From NCBI GenBank assembly GCA_010356995.1, contig ML996696.1, positions 808,364-872,363 on the forward strand: a stretch of 64,000 nt of DNA, given 5' to 3'. The position numbers were made by a program, and so were the translations under genes. Every line of letters begins with the position of its first letter. The stretch's first letter is position 1. The notes under the pieces are model-generated. The model did no database searches. It worked only from the letters and a program-made list of their open reading frames with translations, and was not told where the DNA came from. Shown in pieces: positions 47,879 to 61,651 of this stretch. This DNA is from Trichodelitschia bisporula. Taxonomy: Eukaryota.

Positions 47879-50443
47879 ATGGTGGTACAAGTGGTAAACT
47901 AACTTCACTTCCTCCCTCGACCAACGTACATAGAATCTGAACCGTAAGAACCTACTCTATCTCGCATCTAACACCTTGTATCTTTGGAGCTCAAGTTTCC
48001 CTTCTCTTTTGGAGCCTACAATAAACGTTTTCCTAGCATCATTCGCCTCTACGTTTCGACCCCAGTCTTCAACCTCAAGGACATCGAATCCCATCGAACC
48101 ACATCAAGTCCTTTCCGGTTCAACGTGTCTCTACTACGTACGCGGTCTATCGGCTGTCGGTCTTGCGATCCGGCGATGAAATGTCCGACTACGAATCTGC
48201 CGTCCCAGAGTACCAAATGTCTCTCTGCCTCCAAGCCTCGTAAGCTCCATGCGCTTGAACCCTCTGGAGCACTTACGCCTTCATCCGTCATGTGAAAGAG
48301 TCCATCAGGGTTATAACGTCATTACTCCGGCTCTAAGTGTAATTTTTTCGAAGGATCTTTCCCTTTGCTGCCTCTACAGGCCGACGTGGATCCGAGATCC
48401 AAAAGCCGAGCGGAAAACCGATGAGCGCCCTCCCAACAGTCTCTATTCCTTCGCAAAAGCTTTAGCAAAAGGCGACTACAACCTTCGGGAGGTGCGCTCA
48501 TTGTTTGTCCACTCAGCCCTTGGTACCAAGTGGTACCAGGTCCACCACGGGGTCTGGAACATGTCACCACCTCACGAGGTATGACTTGCCCAAACTCCCA
48601 GCCCTATCTGCCTGGCATATCTAGGAGGAAAGCGCGATGACGACTACCGCCCTCCCGCCACCCTCCACGTCGACTTCCACGTTCAGCGGCGAACTTGGAA
48701 ACGCTGTGACAGGCGTTCCAGACAGAACGACATCCAGACAGCTACTCGCTCTATCGCATTCCACATGATACCGTTTCTCTCAAATGTCGGCTTTCGCGAC
48801 TTCCGACTCCGAAGATGTGTATATACTTGCTGTTGAAAGTCCGATTTGGATTCAGACGGTTCATGCGAGTTCAAAACAGGTAAAGTCTTCAATTCCGTGC
48901 CCCAACCCCATCCTTTCAGATGCGCGTCTCACATCCATCAGCGTTCCGGACTTCTGATGAACGTTGCATCTGCCAGCAAGGAGATACGCGATGCGTCTGC
49001 TTCCAAAGCATAGCGGCGTACTCCACCCCATCGTCAATTGCTGCTGCATTTTTCAATCCATTTACTTTATACGAATCCGCCCCCCCACTTGTTTCGCAGG
49101 AGGAAGCGGAAGCGGAAGTGATGGATGGTAAGTCTCCTCCAACTACGTCCGATGCTGACGTCCTCCGCTCACTGCCCGCTAGAACTAGAAATCTCTCCCA
49201 CCGAGGGCGCGTGTGAAACGTGGATACTCCATGAAGCTGCCTCACGCTCGATTCGAGTCACCTCAGGCGCTGTGAGAAAGCTATTCTCTCTTACAAGTGG
49301 TCGGATCAGCCTCACAGTTAGCGTGTTTCGAGCGATTTGCGACAGTCCAGCGGGCTAACTAGCCGCAGGAACTGGAGGTACATTGGACTGGGCTGAAATG
49401 GGAGAGGTCATCGAAGACATGATAAGGGGAATCATCACATGGCCAGGCTTTCCATCTTGGGAGTTTTGTGACCCAGTTCTCGGCAGCATCCTCCGCTGCA
49501 CGGCACGCGTTGGCGTTTTCTTTACGCAAGATGCAAAAACCCCGCAGATTCTGGCGGCGCTCCTACAATGCATACTGCATGGCTACATTCAGGCTATGCC
49601 GGATGCTAGTTGTGTTCCGGGGGGCGGCTTCTCCTACCCTACTCCGTTTCACCGGCTGTATGCGAAGGCGAACTTCTCAATGTCGCCCCAGCGGTACGCC
49701 GCGATGAACTTCCAACCTGCTCCGGGGTGGGTCTTTCCATTTGGCTGTATAAGGCGATGCCTAACCGCGGCTTTAATGGAGTTCTCCTCGACCAACCTCC
49801 TGATATTCCCCCCCCAAAAAGGGCTAGCCCCGTGGCTAGGCCCAGTGGCGGCATACGGATTTGAATTATATAGAACCTTAAAAGAGGTTACGGGCGTGAG
49901 CATAGTCCCGAGATCCGAGTTCTCCGACAAGGAGGAATTACGGGATAGGCCGGCATTTTCGATAGGAGAAGTGCGCTGGGGAATCGAAGTTGTGCGGGAC
50001 GGCCATGGGCTAATGAATTGCTACAACCGCTTCACTGGGACAGGGCGGTATACGCGCTACAAATTTGCCGAATGGGTACTTGTAGACTTCCGCACGTCCT
50101 TCCCCCCCGCCCAGCTCCGTAAGTAAATCTACTCGAAGATGCCCCATCTACAGCCCTGTGTCCCGGCTTGTATTTTGTGGTGTTCGACCAGGAATTCAAA
50201 ACGTGGAGGCTCCTGGACCACATGTTCCAGGAGCTGGTGCCGGTGAGGCAGCTCCTGCCTGGATCAATCAAACCGAAAAAGGCTCTTTCAAACCCAGGTC
50301 TCTCGCAGTTAAGCACGTGGCCCCCCAGTAACGACATACACCTGGGGACCGAAAGCGATGTTTTCAATCGAGCGTTGATCGAGGATTATCAGGAAGTTTG
50401 CCTGACGCCTGCGGGAATCTCTCTGCCAGCCTTCCTGTGGTGA
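47879..50443 (+). pseudogene. Decayed Crinkler-like P-loop NTPase + restriction-endonuclease-fold gene
   Basis: ELYRTL..GVSIVPRSEF..WGIEVVRDG..RF..GRY..LVDFR..LYFVVF; upstream LFSLTSG and degenerate Walker A; stops and frameshifts between segments; boundaries approximate. Confidence 0.6.
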
Positions 50444-51454
50444 TGTCACCGGGACGGAGGCATTCTTTTGGGAGATGGGGTAATGTCGGGAAAAAAGGTA
50501 GGGAAATACTGCAATATGTACTTTGTTTTGAGGGGCTCTGGCATTCATTTGCTTTTCGCTTCACGTCCTTTTAACTCATGATGCTGTACTCCTTGTCTTT
50601 GCACACGTTGCCGTGATCATGCTCCCATTACTTCGTATCTTGAAGTATATCGAGCAGCCATGGCCCAAAGTCCGGAACATAACTGTACAGTATCGGTGGA
50701 GAGAACAGACGGAAAGAGTACTTGTCTACATCCGTATTCTCACATAATGGTTTGCATTCTCCAGAATACCTGTGGAGAAAGCCGGATAGACGTCAAGAAA
50801 TCGTACCGGTACCCCGAATGCTTTCCCAATCGGGTTGGCGGACGTCATCCCTGAACCGCAATCTCGGCCTAGCGTATTATCTCAATGAGGATGAGTCCTG
50901 CGCGCTATGCTCATTGAAGTGAACCTGCGAATCGGCTTGCGGCGAAGTCGTGTCGACTTGCCGTGGAGGTAGAATTTCTGGACAATGGCATAAGTCCAAG
51001 ATGTGAGGGTTGAATTATTGACGAAGGTTGCGGACGGCGAAGATGCATGACGACATGCGGCTCAAGCGATGGCGGAGGCGGCGCCTCCATCAATCAGCCC
51101 CGTAAATGGCTAGTTTATGCCACAAGCAAGTACCCGTACTTACAACCTTGAAGAATGATAGAGTGCAAGAGTAAAAGGCGCTCTGTGGGGCTCTTTCATC
51201 ATGGAACTTAATTCCGACATTCCAAGGCTGCATGTGACATCGGCCAGTCTGCCATGGTGGGGAGCTTCCCAAGCTGGGAGCCAAGGAGGTACATCCGTGA
51301 CGTCATTGCCCCTTCCCCTCCCGTTAAATGGGAAGTGACGAATGGATGCCCTCAATTGGAACGCAAACATCACATTACAATCACCACCTTCTTCACCTTT
51401 CGAACTCTAACTTTACCACAACTCCATCTCCCAAACTCTCACACTACAATCACA

Positions 51455-51932
51455 ATGTTCCGCACCGCCATCTTCCGCAATGCGCGCCTCCTCTCCACCT
51501 CCGCCCGCCTCCAAAAGACCCCCGTCGAGGTCGGAAAGGATATGCTGAAGAAGGTCGACCGCGTAGCCGCCGATGCAGCGGTCAAGGGTATCGAGACTGG
51601 TGGTATGTCTCCAGTTCCTTACCTCTTAGGCAATGCCCGCTAACATCCCTCCAGAGAAGGTCGTTGGAGCCGCTAAGTCCGCCGCCGGCGTCGTCCAGGA
51701 GAAGACGCCAGACTCAACATCGGAAGCCCAAGGCAAGGCGAGCGAGCTGGCTGGCGAGGCCAAGGGCAAGCTGAACGAGTACACTGGCCAGGGGAGCGGA
51801 AAGTCATCGGAGGTTGCGGGCGAGGCCAAGGGGAAGGCGAGCGAGTTGGCGGGTGAGGCGAAGGGCAAGGCACAGGAGTATGCGGGTCAGGCGAAGGGCA
51901 CGGCTGAGCAGGTAAAGCGTCGCAACTCGTAG
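51455..51932 (+). CDS. Mitochondrially targeted LEA-like protein, 2 exons
   Basis: Presequence MFRTAIFRNARLLSTSARLQ, KKVDR..AAVKGIE, 11-mer GEAKGKASELA repeats. Confidence 0.85.
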
Positions 51933-54369
51933 ATGATGGGGTTGTCGATGTGGTTGAGCGATGTTGGTGCTGTGACGCGGCGAGAAGGCGAGATATGCTG
52001 TAAAATGTCTGATGGCGCCGGAGTTTGATCGGATGATGCGGTCATGTGAGTAGCTAGACAACCTGGTCCCTCGATTTTCCGATGCCGCGCCTTCATATGC
52101 AACTAGTGGATTGCCAAATCCGATGTAAACCGCGTGAATGCCGACGCCGAGCTCCCCGTACCGAGAACTGCAGGTCCGAACTCGAGTACACCCACATCTC
52201 ACTCCACCGACCGGGCAGAGCGTCTAGTGATATATCGGAACTATTCCCGTCCTCACCGGTCCATAATTTTTCCACCGCCCGGATCCCTTCCATCTAATCA
52301 GCTCCGCATCCGTGGACGCAATATACACCGCCAAGCCCCCGGAACAGAACCCCGAGATGAACAAACAAATATGTAAGGGGCATATCTCCCGATCTCAATC
52401 CCATTTGTCGCTCTCTAGCGATCTCTACTCCGTAATCTTGATTTACTAAAGATAGAATAGTGATTCTTCCGTCTCGGCTTCGACACCGCGCTTTGAGATG
52501 GCAAGGCTGATGCTTGGCGCTGGTGGGACCTTCCCTACGTGTGGTACCTTAATATATGCGGGGACCATGCGGGACCTGTATGGCGGGAGGTTGGTTGAGG
52601 AGATGGGCGGGGTATGGGTGCTGCTTTCGGTGGGAATTCTCGTTAGTGAGGGGTTGGGTGTGAGCCGAAGCGTCGAACTGGTGCTTGACATCAGTAGGCG
52701 ACTCTCGGAGGAACCACCCCGTTGACATCAGTTCTAAGCTGAGAGATGTAGGAGAGTTCTGTGCTCAAGCCAGTGCGGGTGGGATGGAAAGGTGAGGGGC
52801 GAAACGTGGCATTCCTTCCTCCATCAGTTTCCATTAAAATGCACCCCATCCCGCCGATTCTCGCGCACGTCCGACTTCCGAGCGGGCCAATGCATGCCCC
52901 AGGCCCGGCTTTATAGTACGGGCAGGTCCGCCGTTGGGCTTACGCGGCTCTTAATAGGGTGTGTGGGGACCTGGTGGTTAAAATGGTTGGGAGGGACGGT
53001 CGGGAGGGATGGGCGGGTGGGCTTGACGTCTATGATGAACTATACGCACATAGAGACTGGCTGAACAACGCAATTTTATAGTGGAGGCGTGAATGCAATA
53101 GTATATTCCCCGCTTACTGCCCCTTCCGCTTCAACCTGGCCGCCCGCATTTCCTTCTTGACGAAATTTCACGGCTGTGAATTTGCTGAAGAGATTGCTAA
53201 ATGGGAGCAGAAGGCATCACAACGAATATATATCTGGGCTGTACCGTCATGGGAAAGCTGCGGGTTCAGCTTCTTAGACTAGAACTATCTGCTTCCTCAT
53301 GCGCCTCAACCACCGCTGTACTGATCCTGCTAAGATCTCCGTGATATAGGCGATCCTGAACATATCGGCCCAACTGGAAGGGCGAGACGAGGCCCGATGA
53401 GGTTGGTTAAGATCGAAAAGTACCTGCCTCAATATTTTTGGTCCCCAGAGAGCTCTTTTGATATCGGGAGGCTTGGTGGAAGGTATATTCGTCTGGAATG
53501 GAACCGGTGACTTGACCCCTAGCCAGCTGGCATGGCGTCATGATAACTGCCCGGTCGGTCCTTCTTCCTTTGGCCACGCCCGGTATCGTGGCCAAGCTGG
53601 TCAGCGATCCTTTGCTCGATTCCGGCTGATAGCAATGTCGGCTGATATCGATATCGACTTGGCAGCGTTGTAAAGGCACATCGATGACGAGGCCCAGAAT
53701 GCAGTGTCGTGTGGAGATGGGTAGAGAACTGTAGTGCAGCTAAATTGCAGCCTTCTGCTCTGGACCTCCCAGCGCCGCCACGGAGTGCGATAAACTCCCT
53801 TCGCATGAATCACCGAGTCTGACCTCGATACACAACGGCAAGGACCGTGAAAACCGGCTCTCCTGCAATTCGATCCCGGAACACCCGCCAGCCAAGCCTT
53901 CTTTCCATAAAAAAAACGTATATCGTACAGTTCCGGGGTGGAGGTAGGCGGATTGCCGGCAACAGGCCTCGGACGCTCGGAGCACACCGCAAAAGCCTAT
54001 ACGGCAGCTCGGCCTAGCGACGCAGGTACCGACCGTGCCTGCAAGATAGTGAACAAGGACAGGCCCCCTCGGCACAGGGCACTCCCCGCGCACAGTCCGC
54101 CTGTTTCCAGCCGCGTTCGCGGGAACGAGAGCGGGGCCGGCAAGTACTGGGCAGGGAAGGGAAGGGTTGGTATAAGAAGGCTCGATTGCGCTGTGCTTGG
54201 ACTTGGTCTGTGTTTTGTCTGCTTATCTTCTGGTTGTTGCTCGTGCTTAGTGAGCGGATCTCTGCGCCGACGAGGAAAAAGTGGAGGCTGAGAAGAGCGG
54301 TTGATATCAGTTGCACAAGCGAGGCTGCGGGCGGGGATGCGATTGCGCGTCCGCGCCGCGAGGGACGAA

Positions 54370-55202
54370 ATGGGCTCGTTTGCCCCCTTAATCACGGCAC
54401 TCCCTCTCCTCCTCCTCCTCGCACAACCGGGATGTAAGTAAGTGGCCTCCCGCGCGCCGCGCCCGCCTAACCGCGCACAGCATGCATACCCGCGCAACAT
54501 AAACCACACACACTCCTCCCCCGCCAAACCGTCCCGCAAATAACCTTCACCATCCTGCCCAACATCACATCTCTATCCCAACGGCACGCAGCAGCCTGCT
54601 ACGAAGCGCCCGATTTCATAGCGCAGCCGAAGCGGTACTACCGCGAAGGCAACTCCGTCGTCGCGACTTGTTGGACTAAGCCGGCGGCGTTTGAATGGGG
54701 CCGCCAGGCATGCGAGGAGAATGACCAGCTCTGGTGGCAGACGAGCGAGAAGTGCTGGGTGCCTGATTTCGCGCTCCAACCGCCTGAGGATCTGAATACG
54801 CCGAATGATAAGCGCGCGCAGCTGAATTTTTGCCCGCCGCCGTTGCACCAGACGGGCGCGCTGTGGCCCGAGTACGGCGGTGTGAGTTACTGCTACACGT
54901 GCGCGAATCTGGATTGTGCGGCGAGGAAGATTCAACATCGGGGGGGGCATATCGAGCTTAATTGCTGGCGGCACGGGGCGAAGGCGTTGGGTGATGAGTG
55001 AGTGCACCTTTTCTCTTTCTGACTTCCTCCAGTGCAGCGGCGTTGACGTCCACAGCGTGTGGTGGCGGATTAAGGAAGAGGATTGCTGGGTCCCGCAGCA
55101 AGTCTTCGATCCCATGACGCTCCAAGGTACGTTCCCCACAGATGCGCAAACGGTTAGGCTAACAATGCAGGTAACGGCCTCGAATGTGCGCGGGGAGCGT
55201 AG
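54370..55202 (+). CDS. Secreted Cys-rich protein with two SH3b-like domains, 4 exons (only partly captured by the ORF track)
   Basis: Signal MGSFAPLITALPLLLLLAQ; introns 54434-54480, 54998-55037, 55127-55170; two repeats CY..C W..WW..CWVP. Confidence 0.7.
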
Positions 55203-58200
55203 GCGCTTATTCTTCTTTACAGGTAACGGGCTCGAGTGCGACCGCAGGTAGCGGCGGCTCTGGCGGCGCAGGGGGCGTAGGTTGGTTTTCGCGGTTGAGT
55301 GTATGATATTGAGTGGGGGTGGTTGATGACGACGCCGTAGATGGGGTCTTTGTATATATATAAGCTGCCAAGCGGCTCGTTTCCACGTTTTCTTCTGCGT
55401 TCCGATGTGGAGAGATCCGATGTGGAGACGGTGACTGTGCTTGATCGTTCAGCGCTCGTTTTAGCAAAGCTAAACAGCGTAGTAGCGATGGCGTCGAGCG
55501 ATGTAGCCAGTGTCCAGGTTCGTGGTCGCGGATGGCGGTTTTGCAGTTCTGGGATAGCCCGGTACCACTATCGTTAACACTCACCAACCCCTGCAAAAAA
55601 AAGTCGAAAGAAGACGTCAGCCTGGCCGAAAGAGATGCAGAGAGCGATATTCGTGGGCACGGAGGATTATGCCATTCGCGAACAGGACTTGTCTCCGCGG
55701 AACCATGCCTATACACTGGGAAATGAAAAGCCATTAGACACATTGGGCAATTCCAGAAGCTATCGGATAGCAGACTGACGTCGACACGGTGCGGCGATCG
55801 CGATGACCGGATCCCTACGAGACACACTGCCTCGTCACCATTGGCTCGGCTGTGATTGACAAGTCTGGATGGCGGTTCCGGAAGACAACAGTCGGAAATG
55901 AGGGTTCCAAATCGGATAGGGCAAGTTCGGCTATCGGGCTTGTGTCACCAAGTACGACGGGCCGCCGCAGAAAGATGGGCGCCATATGGTTGACTTCAGG
56001 AAGGGCCCCCACTCTAATTCTCCGGGGTGTGGCCACTTTGTTTACAGCTTGGACCAAGTCGGTCAAATTGCCGAATTGGTACAGTATGCTGGATCTCAGT
56101 GCTCGAGGCCACTTCCGAAAGGTCAGGATAAAGCACAGATAATTGTGATTGAGGAAGCGATCCGTGGATGTCAGCATCCTACACCTTGATTGGGGATGCG
56201 GACAGCAAGGCTGAGACGGGACTGCGGAGTTGGATCTGAGTGATGTGTCTGATGCCTGGTGTTCATCAGTCAGCACATCGTCGGCAGGTACGTTGTATGA
56301 GGTTGAGACTGCACTGCCTAGTCAGCATCGGCTTGTCTGAAAGTTCATACGCCACCTAAGATTCCCCTTCGATACACAACCGGGGCGACCTTAAGTATAC
56401 CACCATAATCCATTGACTGCATCCCTCAACACTGTACGTACCATAAGCCATCATCCTTGAAAAACACTCCCCATCCTTTGCTTCGGTACCGAATAACGCC
56501 CACTCAATGAGCTGGCTTGCTATATCGCAAGACGGTCTTGGACCTTGCAGCTGCGTTGTTAAGACGGGGCTGGCTTTCAGCCGATATGCATCTCCTCGCC
56601 AGGCCAGAGACAGCAGTCGAGGTCGGCATCCCGCCCTCAACTGCACCGCCTCTGCTCCGCCGACCCCGCTCCAAGCGATCCTTAGATCGCTATGAACTGG
56701 ATCACTTTGAGCTTCAGAGATTTGGGTTGACAACAAAGCGATCGGGCTCCTTGCCAGTGCAATCAGAAACTCCCTGCAACTTATCGCTTACAAGTATGGC
56801 TCCGATGCCGATCTCATGGGTTGTTTAAGAAGCTCACCCAGGCCTAGGATGCAGATTCCAAGGCTGCCGGACGCATCATTCAGAGTTCGAAGGGAATGGT
56901 GAACGTCGATGCCACTGCATCCTCATCGACCTAGCCGTTGAGACGGGAAAGCAGGTCGGTGTTTGCCTGTTGATGTTAATGTAGGATATATCCGGTGCTG
57001 ACCATCTACCCATATGAAATGCATGAATAGACAATCTCAAACTCCAGAAGCATGTAAGATGAAGTACGCGAGGAGACCGACACGAGCGTAACGAGCCTGC
57101 TGTCGGGTCCGCGTGAGGATATTTCTAGGCTCTTTTGGGGGCCTTCGAGAAGGCGAAGTCATCAGGGATTGTGCCACAAACGAACTCTCTTGGCTGGATT
57201 TGCGTTAGCGAGGGGGATCGTGATGCTTGTGCAGATGAGATCGGCCCTACGTTCGTCGACATCTTTAAAGTACCCAGCCGGCCCCATCGTGTGCTTGATG
57301 ATACCAGGCTACCGTACCACGGTCGGCATCTTCCGGCCGCCACAAGGCACCGGAAGGAAGTCCAGACTTCGGCAAACGCCAACCGACTCCATTCCGAACC
57401 CGAAAATCCTAACTCGGACGGCTCAGATGCTCGGCGGGCGCAGCTGCGTCGCGTGGTACGAGACGTGGCGGTCTTCGGTCAAATCATCGCATAATGACAT
57501 GAGTCAATATCTGAGGAGAATGCCGAGAAACAGGAGATGAACGGGACCCAGAAAACGAGAAAAGGGGTATTCTTGGAGAGGTCAGGGAGTTGATGTCGTG
57601 CCCAAGCCTCCTCCGGCAAAGGTCGTGCGCTTGTTGTTCAGCGGTCGACGCCACCATCGCGCTTGGGGTTGTTCGCGGTCTTAGGAGGTTGACTAGGGTG
57701 ACGCAGGCGGTTGGCAACAGATGGTACACGACAATGGAGGAGCCGCAGCGTCAAAAAGAGACGGAGAAAAAGGACGAGAAACATGCAGTATGCAGAGTGC
57801 AGAGACGAAACAAAGACGAAACAGACAGCATCGCCAGTTACCGCTTGCAAAAGCGCCACGCTGTGCCTTGCACCGCCATGATACATTATTTTTGGATCGA
57901 CAGATGTACCTTGGCATGACGGAGGGGAGAGTGCAGAGAGGCTGTGCAAGGTGGGGGGCGGCGCCTTTCAACTTTGGGCTCGACACTTTGCGTTGCTGAT
58001 GAGATGACATGCTTAATTCTTCCATGCTCCTTGTCTTACCTGTATCCCATCTGATTCACAACTTCTAAACACCAACAAACTCACCTTCACTCTTCACTTT
58101 TCTTACCTTCGTCTCCTCGTTGCGGCTTCTTCCATCAAACACCAAGCTTGAGATACTTCATAGATCGAGCGTGCCAAGCAGCCCCGCGCTAAAGTCCTCA

Positions 58201-58440
58201 GACTATTAGAACTAGTATCTCACAGCTTTCGACTTCTTTGAATCTTTAACAGCACGTCCACCCGTCGCGTCGCGTCTTATGGATCTCCGCTAGATAGCCG
58301 ACTGCTAGCCTGTCTCTCTCTTCCCCATTCTCAACGCACTGGCAAAACTTGTTTATTTCCTTTGCTTCTGCACGCCGTTGTTGCAGCTCCACACCCACTG
58401 ACCACTCTTCTCCCCCCGCTTCTTCCCCCACCTTTCAGCA

Positions 58441-61300
58441 ATGAGCTACCAGCGACCAAACCCGCCGGCCTTGTCGGCCACCTTTGTGCCCGGTGGCTTC
58501 GACGACTATTACATGCCGCCCGTGCCAGGTCCAGAGCTTGTCTCCCCGTCTCCGCAGCGGTAAGTGTTCCCCGTTGATTGTACCGTGGTGTTCGCCGCAT
58601 CCCTTGCTCGCGCACCCTTACTACGGCCCAACGGGCGGCGACCCCGTCCTGACCCGGCGAATCAAGAACACGGCTCCTAACACGCTTGCTTCGGCTTTCA
58701 CAGTTACACTCCTGAAGTTCCAGAGAACATCCAAAACAACCTCGCGCAGCTCGAACTCAGTTCTGGTCCTACCCGTAACAGCGTCAGCGGCAACTCCTCA
58801 CACCCTCCTCTGCAACCGCATTCCTACAACGCTCATCCCGCTCCTCCTCAAGCCGCCGGTGCCGTCGCCACTCCTTTGTCCGCGAGCAGCGACTACGGCA
58901 CTATGGCCCCCAATGTGGACCTTCCACACTTCTCGCCCTTCCCTGCACTGATCAATCCGCTGCCGAACGTCCCGCCGAGCGACGACCAAAAGGAAGCCAT
59001 TCTCGAACAGGCGCGCCTCGCCGTCCTCAACTCCAATGATCCCGAAATGCAACTCGCGTGGGCACAGGATGCGCTGGCCTATGTGACGGCAGCACAATCG
59101 CATGAGGACAGACTGGCCGAGAATCGACCTGCGCGGTCTGCCACGCCCGCCGTGGAGCACCAGCTCAAGGTGGATGCGATGAACGTCGTGTCCTTCCTTG
59201 CGCAGCAGCACCACCCAAAAGCAGAGTTCATGCGCGGCATGTGGCTGGAGTTTGGCAACTTTGGCGTACGGCAGGACAAGCGCGAGGCGTTTCGGTGCTA
59301 CGCGCGTGCAGCTGAGAAGGGTTACGCGCGGGCCGAGTACCGCATGGGAATGCAGTTTGAGCACAATAACGATCCCATCAAGGCTCTGACACACTACCAG
59401 CGGGGTGCAGAGCTCGGAGATGCTGCGTCGAATTACGTGAGTATCAGGCGAAATTTGTTTGTACGAGGCTGACTTTGGGAAGCGACTTGGCATGATGACG
59501 TTGATGGGCCAGATGGGCCAGCAGCAAGATTACGCGCGCGGTATCCAGATGCTCCGGATCGCCGCCGAGCATGCAGACGAAAACGCACCACAGGGTGCAT
59601 ACATCCTTGGCATGCTGCAGGCCCGCGAGTTGCCTCAGGTGACGGTTCCCGAGGTGCTGCTGCCGTATAATGAGGCCGAGGCCCGGATGAATATTGAGAA
59701 GGCTGCCTATCTTGGCTTTGCCAAAGCTCAGCTCAAGATGGGGATGTGCTACGAGCTCTGCGCGTTGGGCTGCGAGTTCGATCCAGCCTTGTCTCTGCAC
59801 TACAATGCGCTTGCAGCGCGGCAAGGCGAGGCTGAAGGCGAGATGGCCATTAGCAAATGGTTCCTCTGCGGGCACCCTCCGATTTTCCCGAAGAATGAGG
59901 AGCTGGCGTTCGAGTACGCCAAGCGTGCGGCGCAGTCTGGCCTGCCCACGGCCGAGTTTGCCATGGGCTACTTCCACGAAATCGGCCTGACGGTCCCGGT
60001 GAATCTGGACAAGGCTATGGAGTGGTACGAAAAGGCGGCACGCAACGGCAATCAGGACGCCGCGGGCCGCGTCGAGGGGCTGAGGCGAGACAAGGCACCG
60101 CTCTCCAAGCAAGACCACGAGAACGTCGCCATCAACCGAATCCGCTCGCAGTACGGGTCCAAGCGCGGGGGCCGGCCAGAGCGCTTCAAGAACGGTGCTC
60201 AAGGTAGTTCGCTGGCGTCCATTTCGGATGAGCACCACGAACCGCCCAAAGCCAACGTTCCCCCTCGGTCATCATCCACCGCTCCCTACCCCGTGGCAGA
60301 CGGTCCGCCCCAGGTCAACGTTGAACGCCCGTCCACCGTCGCGCCATACCCTCTTGCCGACGGTCCACCAAAGGCCACCGGACGCCCTGGTCTAGCTGGT
60401 GGCTTTGTCCCTGAATTGCGCGCTGCATCCGTCGGTCCCATCCAGCAATCCCGCCAATCCGCCGGTGCCTTCAACATCAACCCCGATATCTACGGTCCTC
60501 CGCAAGGCAACAATGCCCGTCCACAGCAAGGCCGTCCCTACCCTGGTGAAGGTTTCCCTCCAGGTCGCGGTCGCGGTATGCCTCCGCCCGGCGGCATGCC
60601 CCCACCTGGACAGCGTCCCAGCCCGGGGTCATCCAATATCCAAACAGCACCGCAGCCGAAGCCGCAAAAGCTGGATATCGGCTTCTCAGCGCCGGACTCG
60701 CGCCCACAACAGCACAACACGCAGTCCACACCCTCCCTACATGACATTGGGTATATCGCGCCTCTCGCGCCGAAAAAGCCTACACCGCCTCCCTCAGGAC
60801 AAGGCGCGTACGACCGCCCTCCGCGCGGAGACAGTCGCACCGGACAGCCGCTGCCCGCACATGGCGGAGGTTGGGGCGGAAATCAGTCCCCTCCGCGCAA
60901 GGCGCCATCGCCACTCAGCGGTCGGGGCGGGCGCCAGTCGGCGGGGAGTCCGCAGTTGCGGCCGCAGGGGGGCCGGACGAGTGGCGGCTCGCCGAACTTC
61001 GGGCCTCAGGTCGGACGGCCGGGTGCGGGATCGCCGAACCATGGTCCACAGCCCGGCCGGGCGAGTGGACGTGGTTCACCTAAATACGGGCCGCAGGGTG
61101 GGCGGCCAGTGCAACAGGCGGCTACGGCGCCTGCGGCGGCACCTGCGGCGCAGCCTGCGCGGCCTAAACCTGCTGGCAATGGGCCAAAGACGTTTGATGA
61201 GATGGGGATTGCTAAGGTGTCGGATAAGCAGGATTGTGTAAGTTCTTTGACTCCTGGTGATGTGCACAAAATGCTAACGGATGTGCAGATTGTAATGTAA
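58441..61300 (+). CDS. Sel1-repeat chitin synthase activator (Chs4/Skt5-like), 4 exons, CaaX terminus
   Basis: DPEMQLAWAQDAL, Sel1 repeats (AEYRMG, AEFAMGYFHEIG), spliced C-terminus DCIVM*. Confidence 0.9.
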
Positions 61301-61651
61301 TTTGTGCGAAGATATCCTATGATCGGGGGGTTCGGTTGACGGAATGGACTGGGAATGGGGATTATGTTTGCGGTTACGGCCTTGAGAGGTAGGGTTGGAT
61401 TGGGGGATGGCCGCTCGGTAGTAGGTTCATGATACCTGGCGCTCTACATTTGTGATCGGATTGTTGTATAGGTTCGATATCCTAGATCAATGCCGATTTT
61501 TAGTTTATGTCTCAGGACTGCGATGTCGGAGTCCCCACCCCACCTGGCTGCTCTCTTAGGAAGTTGCGATGGTGATGTCAGGGTGTTGAGACTATATCAC
61601 AACTTCATTTTTTCTCCAACTCCGCTCGTTCCACCTTCATCCATAATCAAG

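Noticed and set aside
57135..57919. Possible hAT transposase relic (RVVRDVAV, IGPTFVDIF)
   Set aside because: Only vague resemblance; no TRWNS motif, TIRs or TSD identifiable
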